Shown piece by piece: positions 28,051-39,080 of a stretch of DNA of 64,000 nt. The position numbers were made by a program, and so were the translations under genes. Under the pieces are notes generated by a model. The model was not told where the DNA came from and made no database searches. It saw only the letters and a list, made by a program, of their open reading frames with translations. Origin of the DNA: Bacteroidia bacterium (GTDB lineage Bacteria > Bacteroidota > Bacteroidia > M30B66); contig OZ257142.1 in NCBI GenBank assembly GCA_965279035.1, positions 3,328,001 to 3,392,000 on the forward strand, given 5' to 3'. Position 1 is the stretch's first letter, and every line of letters begins with the position of its first letter.

Positions 28051-31000
28051 TTAACTTACTGCAACCAAGCCCGGTTCATACGCCAAAACTGGACTTAGCC
28101 AACGTTCGGTGTCTTCGAGCGACATGTTTTTACGTTGGGCGTATTCTTCCACTTGATCGCGGTTGATTTTACCTAAGCCAAAATACTTGCTTTCGGGGTG
28201 TCCGAAATACCAGCCGCTAACTGCTGCCGTTGGATACATGGCGTAGCTTTCAGTTAGCGAAATACCCGTTTGTTTGCTGGCATCGAGGAGTTGGAAAAGC
28301 AGCCCTTTTTCGGTATGGTCGGGACAAGCAGGATAGCCTGGAGCAGGACGAATACCGCGGTATTTTTCGGTGATGAGTTCTTCGTTACTCAAGGTTTCGT
28401 TGCTCGCATAGCCCCAGAATTCTTGACGAACACGTTGATGTAAGCGCTCAGCAAAAGCTTCGGCTAAACGGTCGGCTAAAGCTTTGAGCATGATAGCTGA
28501 ATAATCGTCGTGATTGGCTTCAAAACGTGCAACATGTTCTTCAATTCCCAAACCAGTAGTTACGGCGAAACCACCTATATAATCAGCAATTCCGCTCGAT
28601 TTAGGTGCTACAAAATCGCTGAGGCAATAGTTGGCTTGTCCAGCTGCTTTCTTGTTTTGCTGACGAAGATTGTGAACCGTTTCTAATACGTGTGTGCGAG
28701 TTTCGTCGGTGTAGATTTCAATATCGTCACCAACCGAATTGGCTGGCCATAAACCAATCACAGCATTAGCCTGCAACCATTTTTCGTTGATCAATTGCTT
28801 CAACATCGCATGTGCATCGGCAAATACTTTAGTAGCTTCCTCCCCTACTACTGAATCGGTTAAGATTGCTGGATATTTTCCATACAATTCCCAAGTAGCA
28901 AAGAATGGCGTCCAGTCGATGTATTGCGCTAATTCAGCTAAATCGTAATTCACCAAGGTGGTGTTTCCATTCTTAACTGGTGATTGAATATCGGATGCTT
29001 TGAATTCAATAGGAATGCGGTTTTCACGCGCTGCTGAAAGGGAAATATATTCTTTCGCAGAAACACGTCCTGCATGCTGTTCACGGATTTTCTGATATTC
29101 CACATCCAAATCCTCCATGAATTTTGGACGTAATTCAGGATTGATAAGCGAACCTGCTACAGGCACCGAACGTGAAGCATCAAGCACGTGAACAACTGGT
29201 CCGCTATAGTTTTGAGCAATCTTTACGGCTGTATGTGTTTTAGAAGTTGTTGCTCCACCTATCAACAAAGGAATTTTAAATCCTTGTTTTTCCATTTCAC
29301 GGGCAACAGTCACCATTTCGTCGAGTGATGGGGTGATAAGTCCGCTAAGACCAATGATATCGGCACCAATTTCACGCGCAGTATCAAGGATTTTCTGGTA
29401 AGGAACCATTACTCCAATATCAACCACTTCGTAATTATTACAGCCTAAAACAACGCCTACAATATTTTTCCCAATATCGTGAACATCGCCTTTCACGGTA
29501 GCCATGAGGATGGTTCCGTTGCTGTTCGATTCACCTTCTCTCTTTTCAGCTTCGATGAATGGTAGCAGATACGCCACCGATTTCTTCATTACACGAGCGC
29601 TCTTCACCACCTGAGGAAGGAACATTTTACCACTTCCAAACAAATCACCCACAATGTTCATCCCGTCCATCAAAGGACCTTCAATCACCTGCAAAGGACG
29701 ATCAACTAACTGACGCGCTTCTTCGGTGTCCTCGTCGATAAATTCCACGATTCCCTTGATAAGCGCATGGCTGAGGCGTTTGTTCACTGGCCAAGTTCTC
29801 CATTCCAGGTCTTTCTCTTGAACTTTCCCTTTCGATTTGATGGTTTCAGCAAATTCAACCAAACGTTCGGTAGAATCGGGACGACGGTTGAGCAATACAT
29901 CTTCTACCAGCTCAAGTAAATCCTTAGGAATTTCTTCGTACACCTCGAGTTGTCCTGCATTGACAATTCCCATATCCAATCCCGCTTTGATGGCGTGATA
30001 TAGGAAAGCCGAGTGCATGGCTTCACGTACGCGATCGTTACCACGGAACGAGAAGGAAATATTCGATACACCGCCACTAACGCGTGCTCCGGGAAGATTA
30101 TTTTTTATCCAGCGAGTAGCTTTAATAAAATCGACTGCATAATTATTATGCTCTTCGATTCCAGTTGCTACAGTTAGAATGTTTGGATCGAAGATGATAT
30201 CTGTAGGTGGAAGTCCAACTTCGTTTACTAAGATGTTGTAGGCACGTTGGCAAATCTCGATGCGTCGTTCGTATGAATCGGCTTGACCTTGTTCATCAAA
30301 TGCCATGACCACAACCGCAGCTCCGTAGCGTTTCACGAGGCGAGCATGGTGACGGAAAGCTTCTTCACCTTCCTTCATGGAAATGGAATTCACGATGGAT
30401 TTTCCTTGTACGCATTTCAATCCCGCCTCAATCACCGACCATTTAGATGAATCAATCATGAAAGGAAGCTTGGCGATATCGGGTTCAGATGCCATGAGGT
30501 TGAGAAACTTCACCATAGCAGCTTCCGAATCGAGCATGCCTTCATCCATGTTCACATCCAGAATTTGGGCACCACCTTCAACTTGGTTAAGAGCAACAGT
30601 TAGGGCTTCATCGTAATTGCCTTCCATGATTAGGCGGGCGAATTTCTTAGAACCCGTTACGTTGGTACGTTCACCGATGTTGACGAAATTAGTTTCCTCA
30701 CGAATAGTAACTGGTTCGAGTCCGCTGTAGAATGGAACAGGCTCCACATCTGGAATTACGTGTGGTTGATATTCGGCAGCTACACGAGCAATTTCACGAA
30801 TGTGATCAGGAGTAGTACCGCAGCAACCACCAATGATGTTGATGTAATTGTTTTCGAGGTACTCACGAATTTGAACACCCATTTGTTCGGGCGTTTCGTC
30901 GTATTGTCCGAAAGCATTAGGTAATCCAGCATTCGGGTGAGCCGAAATACGGAATTTAGAATTCTTAGCGAGTGTTTCGATGTAGGGTTTTAACTGACGT

Positions 31001-31740
31001 GCACCGAGGGCACAGTTGAATCCTACAGAAAGTAAATCAATGTGCGAAACTGAATAGAGAAATGCTTCGGCTGTTTGTCCGGTGAGTGTTCTACCAGACG
31101 CATCGGTAATCGTTCCCGAAACCATGACAGGCATACGAATCCCTTGTTTTTCGCAGTATTGATCGATGGCAAAAAGTGCTGCTTTACAATTCAGTGTATC
31201 AAAAACAGTTTCAACAAGTAGAATATCTACACCACCATCAACGAGACCGCGTACTTGTTCGGTATAGGCTTCCACAAGTTCATCGAACGTGATGGCACGA
31301 TAGCCGGGATCGTTCACATCGGGTGAGATGCTAGCTGTACGGTTTGTAGGACCGATTGAACCAGCAACAAAACGAGGTTTATCGGGTTGAAGGGCAGTGT
31401 ATTTATCAGCAGCTTGACGAGCTAAACGAGCAGCAGCAACATTGAGATCATACACGATATGCTCCAGGTGATAATCGGCTTGTGCGATGCTGGTTCCGCT
31501 GAAGGTGTTGGTTTCGGCGATATCGGCACCGGCTTCGTAATAGGCTTCATGAATCCCTAAGATGATATCTGGACGCGTGAGAGCGAGTAGGTCGTTGTTT
31601 CCTTTAAGCGGAGAAGGATGATTTTCGAAATGACCTTTCCGGAAATCTTCCTCTTCGAGTGGATGCCTTTGGATCATGGTTCCCATGGCGCCATCAAGGA
31701 CGAGAATACGTTTTTTCAGTTGCTCCTGTAGTAATGACAT
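28051..31740 (-). CDS. metH: B12-dependent methionine synthase
   Basis: [51 protein letters not shown]; likely start MSLLQ at 31740. Confidence 0.97.
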   Translation of the reverse strand: MSLLQEQLKKRILVLDGAMGTMIQRHPLEEEDFRKGHFENHPSPLKGNNDLLALTRPDIILGIHEAYYEAGADIAETNTFSGTSIAQADYHLEHIVYDLNVAAARLARQAADKYTALQPDKPRFVAGSIGPTNRTASISPDVNDPGYRAITFDELVEAYTEQVRGLVDGGVDILLVETVFDTLNCKAALFAIDQYCEKQGIRMPVMVSGTITDASGRTLTGQTAEAFLYSVSHIDLLSVGFNCALGARQLKPYIETLAKNSKFRISAHPNAGLPNAFGQYDETPEQMGVQIREYLENNYINIIGGCCGTTPDHIREIARVAAEYQPHVIPDVEPVPFYSGLEPVTIREETNFVNIGERTNVTGSKKFARLIMEGNYDEALTVALNQVEGGAQILDVNMDEGMLDSEAAMVKFLNLMASEPDIAKLPFMIDSSKWSVIEAGLKCVQGKSIVNSISMKEGEEAFRHHARLVKRYGAAVVVMAFDEQGQADSYERRIEICQRAYNILVNEVGLPPTDIIFDPNILTVATGIEEHNNYAVDFIKATRWIKNNLPGARVSGGVSNISFSFRGNDRVREAMHSAFLYHAIKAGLDMGIVNAGQLEVYEEIPKDLLELVEDVLLNRRPDSTERLVEFAETIKSKGKVQEKDLEWRTWPVNKRLSHALIKGIVEFIDEDTEEARQLVDRPLQVIEGPLMDGMNIVGDLFGSGKMFLPQVVKSARVMKKSVAYLLPFIEAEKREGESNSNGTILMATVKGDVHDIGKNIVGVVLGCNNYEVVDIGVMVPYQKILDTAREIGADIIGLSGLITPSLDEMVTVAREMEKQGFKIPLLIGGATTSKTHTAVKIAQNYSGPVVHVLDASRSVPVAGSLINPELRPKFMEDLDVEYQKIREQHAGRVSAKEYISLSAARENRIPIEFKASDIQSPVKNGNTTLVNYDLAELAQYIDWTPFFATWELYGKYPAILTDSVVGEEATKVFADAHAMLKQLINEKWLQANAVIGLWPANSVGDDIEIYTDETRTHVLETVHNLRQQNKKAAGQANYCLSDFVAPKSSGIADYIGGFAVTTGLGIEEHVARFEANHDDYSAIMLKALADRLAEAFAERLHQRVRQEFWGYASNETLSNEELITEKYRGIRPAPGYPACPDHTEKGLLFQLLDASKQTGISLTESYAMYPTAAVSGWYFGHPESKYFGLGKINRDQVEEYAQRKNMSLEDTERWLSPVLAYEPGLVAVS

Positions 31741-31820
31741 ACGTGTATCTTTCTTCGCGTGAAGAACACTAACAGAAAGATAAGGTTGCCGCAAACAGGA
31801 AATTGAATTGATGGTTCATT

Positions 31821-31917
31821 CTTATCTGCTCCCCAATGGGGCTAGGAATTGGCACCTTTCTCAAAAGAGGGTTGCCAAGACGTCATAGGGCCTATTCCCT
31901 CGGTCTTTCTGGATAAG
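31821..31917 (-). ncRNA. SAM-I (S-box) riboswitch
   Basis: Minus strand CTTATCCAGAAAGACCGAGGGAATAGGCCCTATGACGTCTTGGCAACC...AAGGTGCCAATTCC...AGATAAG; upstream of metH and downstream of a TACTTTTG promoter element. Confidence 0.93.
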
Positions 31918-31965
31918 TGTACTTCAATGAACGTTTATTCAGAGGCAAAAGTACAAAAATATTCA

Positions 31966-32340
31966 TCAAGCAAGCAAGCGCGGACGAGACAGATCTCGTT
32001 GAAGAGCAACTTTGTCATTCCCAAGCTTTTGATATCCGATTTCATAACAATAAACTACAAGATCGCCCTTGGGATTCATTCCTTGATGTGTAAAATACCG
32101 GAAATCAAAACCACAGGAACTGAGATAAGCCGTATGAACTCTTCTGGTTTTACTAAGAAAGCATTGCTGAAGAATTCTTCTATTTCGTGAAAGAATGAGA
32201 TTAACTTCTTTCACAGCTTCACTTTGATTTAATCGTTCTCGATTATGATAAACGTTTCTACAGATATCAGAACAAAAACGTTTGTCGCTACGCCCATGGA
32301 CGATTTCGCCGCATTCGGGGCAATTTTTATTAGAATACAT
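31966..32340 (-). CDS. Conserved Zn-ribbon hypothetical protein (CxxC...FCSxxCR)
   Basis: CPECGEIVHGRSDKRFCSDICRNVYHN, NRRIL, GFDFRYFTH, YCYEIGY. Confidence 0.75.
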   Translation of the reverse strand: MYSNKNCPECGEIVHGRSDKRFCSDICRNVYHNRERLNQSEAVKEVNLILSRNRRILQQCFLSKTRRVHTAYLSSCGFDFRYFTHQGMNPKGDLVVYCYEIGYQKLGNDKVALQRDLSRPRLLA

Positions 32341-32439
32341 AATGAATTAGATAAGGATAAAATTAATGTGAGATCAAACTTAGAAGAACTAGTTCAAAAA
32401 GTCAAGTCAAGAATTGAAGTTTATCACCGATAGCCGTTT

Positions 32440-32469
32440 TAAACGTTTATATACGTATATAAATGTTTA
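32440..32469. promoter_or_regulatory. 30-bp near-perfect palindrome / phased operator-like array upstream of ssb
   Basis: TAAACGTTTATATACGTATATAAATGTTTA has one mismatched pair; lies upstream of TATGTTTG (-7, 32498-32505). Confidence 0.6.
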
Positions 32470-32571
32470 CTATACGACTAATTGAAAAAGCAGCCAGTAT
32501 GTTTGTCCTGTCAATTGATAACCGGAACGAACGGGTGCACCCATTTCTTTTATCATTTAATTATTAAACGT

Positions 32572-32925
32572 ATGAACAACTTAAAAAACTCAGTCCGCCT
32601 GATTGGAAATCTGGGTGGCAATCCGGAAGTGCGAGAGCTTCCAAGTGGAAAAAAGCTAGCGAAATTTTTCTTAGCAACAACCGACAAATTCAAAGACAGC
32701 GAAGGAAAGCTGGTGAATGAAACTCAATGGCATAATTTAGTTGCCTGGGGAAAGACAGCCGATTTCATTGAAAAGTATGTCGAAAAAGGCCAAGAAATAG
32801 CTGTCGAAGGCAAACTTCAAAGTCGCTCCTATTCGGATAAAGAAGGAACGAAAAAATACATCACTGAAATTTCGGTGAATGAGATTTTAAAGATTGGAAG
32901 TGGGAAAAAAATGGTTCGTGAATGA
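32572..32925 (+). CDS. ssb: Single-stranded DNA-binding protein (short form without acidic tail)
   Basis: NSVRLIGNLG..PE, TQWHNLVAWG, KGQEIAVEGKL..RSY; start at ATG 32572. Confidence 0.92.
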   Translation: MNNLKNSVRLIGNLGGNPEVRELPSGKKLAKFFLATTDKFKDSEGKLVNETQWHNLVAWGKTADFIEKYVEKGQEIAVEGKLQSRSYSDKEGTKKYITEISVNEILKIGSGKKMVRE

Positions 32926-32932
32926 ATCAACT

Positions 32933-32965
32933 GGGAGCAGTTTGAAATTTCAGACTGTTCCCTTT
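32933..32965 (+). terminator. Probable terminator after ssb
   Basis: GGGAGCAGTTTG/CAGACTGTTCCC stem with G-U pairs, then TTT. Confidence 0.6.
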
Positions 32966-33055
32966 ACATTTCATGTAAGAAGGAACGTAAATCAGAAATG
33001 AAGTAGCGAAACTAGGAAATTGAATGTGCGTTAAACTGCCTACATCTAAGCATTA

Positions 33056-34408
33056 ATGTTACATTCTAATTTCATATGGTCAATTCTATCTACCCTCTTA
33101 TTATTAGGAGGCATGGTATTGATTTATGATTCTTTTCGGGTATGCAGTAAAATTATAACACTTACTGATGGCGAATCGAGAAAGAATTGGCTGTGGATAA
33201 AAAAATCAATCATTGTATTTTTTATTCTGTTTGGATTATCGGTGATTGGCACTTGGAGTGACTTTCAACCGTGGATTGTTATATTAATGTCGGTCATATT
33301 ATTTGGTGGAGCTGCCTTTGTGAATCGGATTTTAAGTTTGGCTAAATCGAGTTTAGTAACTTTAAACCAAACGCATCATTTACAACAATTTTTGGAAGAG
33401 ATATTCCAAACAATGGGAGATGCATTGATTGTAGCTGATAAACAAGGAAGAATAACATTAGTAAATAATTGTTTGGTTAAGCTAATCCAACAGCCTAAGG
33501 AAAAGTTGATAGGAATGAAAGCCGAAGAATTATTTGTAAGTGAAATAAGTGATATGCCTGGAGTGCAGCATGAGAATGGATTAATCATGCCTCATTTAAA
33601 AGAACTACCAGTTTTAGTTACAATTTCGCATACATCTGAATTGGGAGAACAAGTACAAATTATTGTTGTACAAGACATTCGAAATCAGAAAGAGAATGAG
33701 AGAAGGTTGAAAAAATACCTTCAAAAAATCGAGCAAAATAATTTAGAATTAGAGCAATTCTCTTATGTAGCAGCGCATGACCTGAAGGCTCCTTTGAGAG
33801 CTATTCAAAATTTAGCGGAATTTATTGAAGAAGATTTAAAGACTGTTCCAGTGGAAGTGATGTCTAATTTTAAATTAATAAAAGGCAGAATTTCCCGAAT
33901 GGAAAATTTAATTAATGGATTATTGGAATATGCACGTGTAGGAAAAAGAGGTGTTGATTTAGAGTTAACCAATGTGAATCAATTGGTAGCAGATATTATT
34001 GATAATCTGGGAGTTCAATCAAAATCAAAAATTGAAGTAGAAACAGAATTACCAATCATTTACACGCATAAATTATTGCTAGAACAGGTATTTTCCAATT
34101 TGATTAGTAATGCATATAAATACAATTCCAATCCAGAACCTGTGATTCGAATTTCTTCAAAAATTGAAGGTCAGAAGTTGGAATTTTCTGTAAGTGATAA
34201 TGGACCTGGAATTCCTGAAGAAAGCAAAGAGAAAATCTTTCGGATCTTCCAAACATTGCAAGCACGAGATAATTTTGAAAGTACTGGAATTGGCTTATCG
34301 ATCGTAAAAAAGATCGTAGAAGAAACCGGTTGCAAAATAAAAATTGATTCTGAAATTGGTCAAGGAAGTACTTTTCGTTTTACCTGGCCATTATCAGGTG
34401 CAGCTTAA
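33056..34408 (+). CDS. Membrane PAS-domain sensor histidine kinase
   Basis: Three TM segments, PAS-like region, AAHDLKAPL H-box, NLISNA, DNGPGI, GIGL, GQGSTF. Confidence 0.92.
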   Translation: MLHSNFIWSILSTLLLLGGMVLIYDSFRVCSKIITLTDGESRKNWLWIKKSIIVFFILFGLSVIGTWSDFQPWIVILMSVILFGGAAFVNRILSLAKSSLVTLNQTHHLQQFLEEIFQTMGDALIVADKQGRITLVNNCLVKLIQQPKEKLIGMKAEELFVSEISDMPGVQHENGLIMPHLKELPVLVTISHTSELGEQVQIIVVQDIRNQKENERRLKKYLQKIEQNNLELEQFSYVAAHDLKAPLRAIQNLAEFIEEDLKTVPVEVMSNFKLIKGRISRMENLINGLLEYARVGKRGVDLELTNVNQLVADIIDNLGVQSKSKIEVETELPIIYTHKLLLEQVFSNLISNAYKYNSNPEPVIRISSKIEGQKLEFSVSDNGPGIPEESKEKIFRIFQTLQARDNFESTGIGLSIVKKIVEETGCKIKIDSEIGQGSTFRFTWPLSGAA

Positions 34409-34861
34409 TTAATTGGTAGTAATTGGACGATCATCCCATATAGTAGCACCATCAATTAGGTATTCTTCCAAACGTGCTTCTCCTATTTTAATGCTGACTT
34501 TATCCATTAGGAATCGAACTTCACACCGATTTTTATCTGGTAATGTAGAATCTGTATTACGAGTAGTTCCGGCGATGTAACCAATGTGAGTAACATTTCC
34601 GTGAATTGTATCTACCTGAGCTAATTCGATTGTAAACCATTTTTCTTTTTCACCTGCATTGACTTGAATGAGGTTTTTCTTCTTATTCCAATAAATGGTG
34701 TAATTCACTGGTTTTACCCCCTCAGAGAACATTTTACTTTTCCCAATCATCGAAACGCGCGTTTTTGTCCCTGAATACTCAAAGCCTTTTTTGGAATGTT
34801 GAGCAAACACTCCTGTTGAAACAGCGAAAATAAAGAAGAAAAGGATGCTAAGATTTTTCAT
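34409..34861 (-). CDS. Hypothetical secreted protein
   Basis: Signal peptide from MKNLS; no recognised domain. Confidence 0.6.
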   Translation of the reverse strand: MKNLSILFFFIFAVSTGVFAQHSKKGFEYSGTKTRVSMIGKSKMFSEGVKPVNYTIYWNKKKNLIQVNAGEKEKWFTIELAQVDTIHGNVTHIGYIAGTTRNTDSTLPDKNRCEVRFLMDKVSIKIGEARLEEYLIDGATIWDDRPITTN

Positions 34862-34984
34862 AGGAAAAGGACGAATCACAAAAATAACAAATCATCTGAT
34901 TAAAAATAGAGATTGATAGAATCATAATAAAAACTTCTTATTGCAATTTTTTATGTATTTTTTGCAACCAGAGAATGTATAAAG

Positions 34985-35536
34985 ATGGTAAGACCCGAAA
35001 TTAAATATGGCCTGCTCGGAGCAACTTTGCTTATCTGCTGGACAATAGCGCAATATTTACTTGGGTTCCATACATTTCGCCTGGGGGCTGCCACTTATGC
35101 TGGATATTTAAATTACATCATCATTTTCATAAGTCTTTGGCTTGGATTACAAGAAAAGAAAATGGATTATGGTGGAAAATTCACAGTGAGAAGAGGGGTA
35201 AAAGAGAGTATGTATCAACTCTTTATTACTGCTTCAATTTCTTCTTTTTTTATGTTTATCTATGATTATAAGATCAATCCTTTTTGGGTAGAAAATTACA
35301 TTCAATGGCAAAGAATACATGGAAATCACTCTTCTTTATTTATGCTTTTTGTAAACGATCCCAATGCAGAAGCCATTATTCTGAGTAATACTGAAACGCA
35401 TTTATGTATTTATTTTTTGGGAATAGTTGGAATCGGTGCAGGAATAGCTTTTTTACTATCAGCCATTATTGCAAATTCTAAAGCAACAATAACAACCCAA
35501 ACCAATACAAGCGTAGAGAAGGAATTAGAACTTTAG
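34985..35536 (+). CDS. DUF4199-like membrane protein
   Basis: EIKYGL start, four hydrophobic helices, IY...INP motif. Confidence 0.65.
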   Translation: MVRPEIKYGLLGATLLICWTIAQYLLGFHTFRLGAATYAGYLNYIIIFISLWLGLQEKKMDYGGKFTVRRGVKESMYQLFITASISSFFMFIYDYKINPFWVENYIQWQRIHGNHSSLFMLFVNDPNAEAIILSNTETHLCIYFLGIVGIGAGIAFLLSAIIANSKATITTQTNTSVEKELEL

Positions 35537-36616
35537 TCCAGCTTCTATTTTCAATCCAATATCATTCTTATACACTTTCGAACTTAGGAATCGTTCGTAG
35601 ATACCAGCACCGAGATAAAAACCAACGCGTGATCGAGTTATAAAATAAAAGCTTTGTGTAGGTTCAAAACCAAAAATAAAACGGTTCGTTACTGTTGTCG
35701 TTTGAGCTAAAGGATTGAATTTCTCAAGTTCCTCAAAACCTAGAGGAATATTCATATTAAACACGAAGTGAAAATCGTCTCCAATTTTTCGCATGGCACC
35801 AACACCGATTTTCCCATAATTCAATGTTGCTTTTTCATATCCCGCTCTAACAAGTAGACCCGGATCTATCACATATTTATCGTAGGAAATTGAAAAAGGA
35901 ATAGCCCAATTCCCACGTAAGGAAGAAGAAAATCCCATATAGGAAACTCCCCAACCTTCGGCATTTGTACCAAATGCAGCATGGATAGGCAATAGACTAA
36001 CCCAAATTTTCTTTTCTGGTTCTAGTGTATTATTGAGTAAAATGCTTTTTTGCCCTTTAATTTCAGAAAATTCAATGTACTCTGTCTGCACATTTTGCCA
36101 ATTACTATTATTAAAAGCCAGAATTACATTTTCTAATACTTTACGAATTCTCCGTTCATGACTTGCCGTTACATCAGGAGCAGTTTCTTCATCAACAGCC
36201 TCTGTTTCAAAAACCTTCCCCCATTTTCCTTCTGCATTCTTTTTATAAAATTCAACTTTTATTTCTGCTTTTCCAATTTCTGATGGTCCATCAGTATGTT
36301 CTGAAATTTGGAAAAATACAACTCGCATCACAATTGGGGCTAGTGTTGTATCAGGAGTAACGGCGTAACGATAAAAATCGTTCAATGACTTTTCGAGGCC
36401 ATTTTGTAAATCAACTTGAATTTTCTTATTAAATGAACCTTTATGTACAAATCCAATTTCTGATGTATTTCCCCTACCATCAATAACTGATTGAATATAG
36501 AATTTCTGATCTGACATACGAATCATACTGTTTTTCAGGACAATGAATTCCTTTTGAGCAGAAAGCAATTGGGTAATAATCAAAAGAAAGAAAACAGTAG
36601 TCAGGCGTTTTATCAC
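35525..36616 (-). CDS. Hypothetical outer-membrane protein
   Basis: Signal peptide, FYIQSVIDGR N-domain, amphipathic beta strands ending in IEAGLKF. Confidence 0.6.
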   Translation of the reverse strand: MIKRLTTVFFLLIITQLLSAQKEFIVLKNSMIRMSDQKFYIQSVIDGRGNTSEIGFVHKGSFNKKIQVDLQNGLEKSLNDFYRYAVTPDTTLAPIVMRVVFFQISEHTDGPSEIGKAEIKVEFYKKNAEGKWGKVFETEAVDEETAPDVTASHERRIRKVLENVILAFNNSNWQNVQTEYIEFSEIKGQKSILLNNTLEPEKKIWVSLLPIHAAFGTNAEGWGVSYMGFSSSLRGNWAIPFSISYDKYVIDPGLLVRAGYEKATLNYGKIGVGAMRKIGDDFHFVFNMNIPLGFEELEKFNPLAQTTTVTNRFIFGFEPTQSFYFITRSRVGFYLGAGIYERFLSSKVYKNDIGLKIEAGLKF

Positions 36617-36697
36617 AATGTGGGGTATTCAATTTAAGGATTCCAAAAGTAACATGCTCATGAGAATAAACAAGTGTCTTCCTTTAGAATGAAACGA

Positions 36698-37813
36698 TTA
36701 TCTTTTTGAAGCTATGTAAGTACTTAACGTTTGCCTGTCGGTACTAGATGGTAATAAAGGACTTACCTCAAAAAAGTAGTTTTCTTTATCTGCTATATAA
36801 TCGTACGCGAATTTTGCGAGAATCAGTTTATCTGTAGATGAGGCGAATAAAGCAACAATTTCCTTCATCTGTTTCGAAGTATAGCATTTATAGCGAGGCA
36901 ATTGTTGTTTTGCAATGTTTAGTCGAGTAGTAGAAGACGATTCATTGGCTAAAGGATCTTTGATTGTTTTAAATTCTGAATCATTTACCTTACAAGGAGG
37001 TGGTGGCAATTGAGCTTGAGCAGCAGCTCTACTTTGAATGATAAAATCGCGCAATGCAACTTGATTCGGAGCATGTGTGAATACTTGTGTCGCAAATTCA
37101 AAATTTCCTTCATCATAAATTCGCTGATAAGCCTTTTTCAATAATTCTAATCGATCATTCTCAATAGTGATTGCTGTGGCAAGTTTCATCGCTTGAGAAG
37201 TTGAAAGGCATGCAACTTCGACAATAGAAAAAGCTTCTTTGGATTTTTCTTGATCCGATTTCAGCCTAGCAATTTGACGCATATACATCATGAAATCGTT
37301 ATCAGACAAAAAGGTTTGACAATTCTTTTTCCCGTTATAAATACTAGCATCTGGATAGTTCAACAGTGGGAAATTAATTTCAATAGGTTTGGGTTGAACC
37401 GGAATTGGTTGAACAAGTACAGGCGTATTTTGAACTCTGGTAGAAGCAATATAATCGTGTAATCGAAAGGCTGAAGAGAAATAGGCAAATGAGTTATATA
37501 CATCATAGATATCTTCTTTATTTATAATGCGAGGATATGCCGATATAGCTATACCTAATCGATCATTCTCATCCGAAATAAAACCTAGAAATTCTGCTAA
37601 TTGATAAGTAGTGAGACATTCTGAACGTACAATTCCATCCAACATCGTATAGCGTTGGTTGGGAGCTTGTAATGAATTCAAATCCCTTTTTACTTGCTGA
37701 AAACGGATCGAAGAAAGCGCTTGTTGGCAATCAGGAAGTTGAGCAAATGAAATACTGCTTATTAAAACAAAAAGAATGAGAAAAAATGGAGAGAGAATGT
37801 TTGTGAGTTTCAT
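36698..37813 (-). CDS. DUF4476-like repeat secreted protein
   Basis: Three C(L/Y)(T/S)x.Q...(E/S)..RL..AK..Y..I.D units; signal peptide. Confidence 0.7.
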   Translation of the reverse strand: MKLTNILSPFFLILFVLISSISFAQLPDCQQALSSIRFQQVKRDLNSLQAPNQRYTMLDGIVRSECLTTYQLAEFLGFISDENDRLGIAISAYPRIINKEDIYDVYNSFAYFSSAFRLHDYIASTRVQNTPVLVQPIPVQPKPIEINFPLLNYPDASIYNGKKNCQTFLSDNDFMMYMRQIARLKSDQEKSKEAFSIVEVACLSTSQAMKLATAITIENDRLELLKKAYQRIYDEGNFEFATQVFTHAPNQVALRDFIIQSRAAAQAQLPPPPCKVNDSEFKTIKDPLANESSSTTRLNIAKQQLPRYKCYTSKQMKEIVALFASSTDKLILAKFAYDYIADKENYFFEVSPLLPSSTDRQTLSTYIASKR

Positions 37814-37964
37814 AAATACGTGTAGAACCTTTATTGCCTAAAAGAAATTGTATTCTGCGAATATACCAAAAGCATTATCACCTACTCATACCATACAAAA
37901 GAGAAAGATTCACCTCAATAAATTGCTCAGGATTGACTAGGTTTGCAGCAAAGAATACCTCAAA

Positions 37965-39068
37965 ATGGACACAACATCAATAGTAAAACGCACACCTTTT
38001 TATCCTATTCATCAGCAATTAGGCGCTAAAATTCTACCATTTGCTGGATATGAAATGCCTATTACTTACGCCGGTGTAATTGCAGAACATGAATGTGTTC
38101 GAAATGCTGTTGGCGTTTTTGATGTGAGTCATATGGGAGAATTTATTCTTCGTGGAGAACATGCTCTCGAACTGATACAGAAAGTAACAAGCAATGATGC
38201 TTCGAAACTGAGCGACGGAAAAGTTCAATATTCTTGCTTTCCTAACAATCGTGGTGGAATTGTAGATGATTTATTGGTGTATCGAATCAAAGAAGATCAA
38301 TACATGTTAGTTGTCAATGCATCTAATATTGAGAAAGACTGGAATTGGTTGAAGCAAAACGACAGCTGGGGTGTTGATATGGAAGATATTTCCGAAAGAA
38401 CAGCGCTACTTGCTGTTCAAGGTCCTAAAGCTGCAGCTGCTCTTCAAAAATTAACGGATGTGAATTTGGCTGAAATGGGGTATTATACCTTTACCAAAGG
38501 AACATTTGCGGGATTTCAGAATGTATTAATTTCTGCAACTGGCTATACTGGAGCAGGTGGTTTTGAAATTTATTTCGATGTAAAACATGCAGAAGAAATC
38601 TGGAAAGCGATTTTCGAGGCAGGAGCTGAATTTGGTATTCAACCCGTTGGCTTAGCTTGTCGTGATACCTTGCGTTTGGAAATGGGATTTTGTCTTTATG
38701 GAAATGATATCAACGATCATACTTCGCCCATTGAAGCTGGTTTGGGATGGATTACTAAATTCAGTAAAGATTTTATCAATCGTCAGGAAATTGAATCTCA
38801 AAAACAACTTGGCACACAAAAAAAATTGGTTGGTTTTGAATTGCTCGACAAAGGTGTTCCTCGTCACGATTATGAAATTTGTAATGCAGATGGAGATGTT
38901 ATCGGAATTGTAACATCAGGAACAATGTCTCCAACCTTGAAAAAAGCAATTGGAATGGGCTATGTGCCGACTTCCTTGGCTAGTATTGGTTCAACCATAT
39001 ATATTCGAGTTCGAGAAAAATTATTGAAAGCACAGGTGGTGAAAATGCCCTTTTTAACCAATCAATAA
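37965..39068 (+). CDS. gcvT: Glycine cleavage system aminomethyltransferase T
   Basis: [40 protein letters not shown]. Confidence 0.97.
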   Translation: MDTTSIVKRTPFYPIHQQLGAKILPFAGYEMPITYAGVIAEHECVRNAVGVFDVSHMGEFILRGEHALELIQKVTSNDASKLSDGKVQYSCFPNNRGGIVDDLLVYRIKEDQYMLVVNASNIEKDWNWLKQNDSWGVDMEDISERTALLAVQGPKAAAALQKLTDVNLAEMGYYTFTKGTFAGFQNVLISATGYTGAGGFEIYFDVKHAEEIWKAIFEAGAEFGIQPVGLACRDTLRLEMGFCLYGNDINDHTSPIEAGLGWITKFSKDFINRQEIESQKQLGTQKKLVGFELLDKGVPRHDYEICNADGDVIGIVTSGTMSPTLKKAIGMGYVPTSLASIGSTIYIRVREKLLKAQVVKMPFLTNQ

Positions 39069-39080
39069 GTAGAATCTATT

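Noticed and set aside
31849-32190. 113-aa plus-strand ORF
   Set aside because: It is antisense to the SAM riboswitch and the Zn-ribbon gene and has no recognisable motifs.
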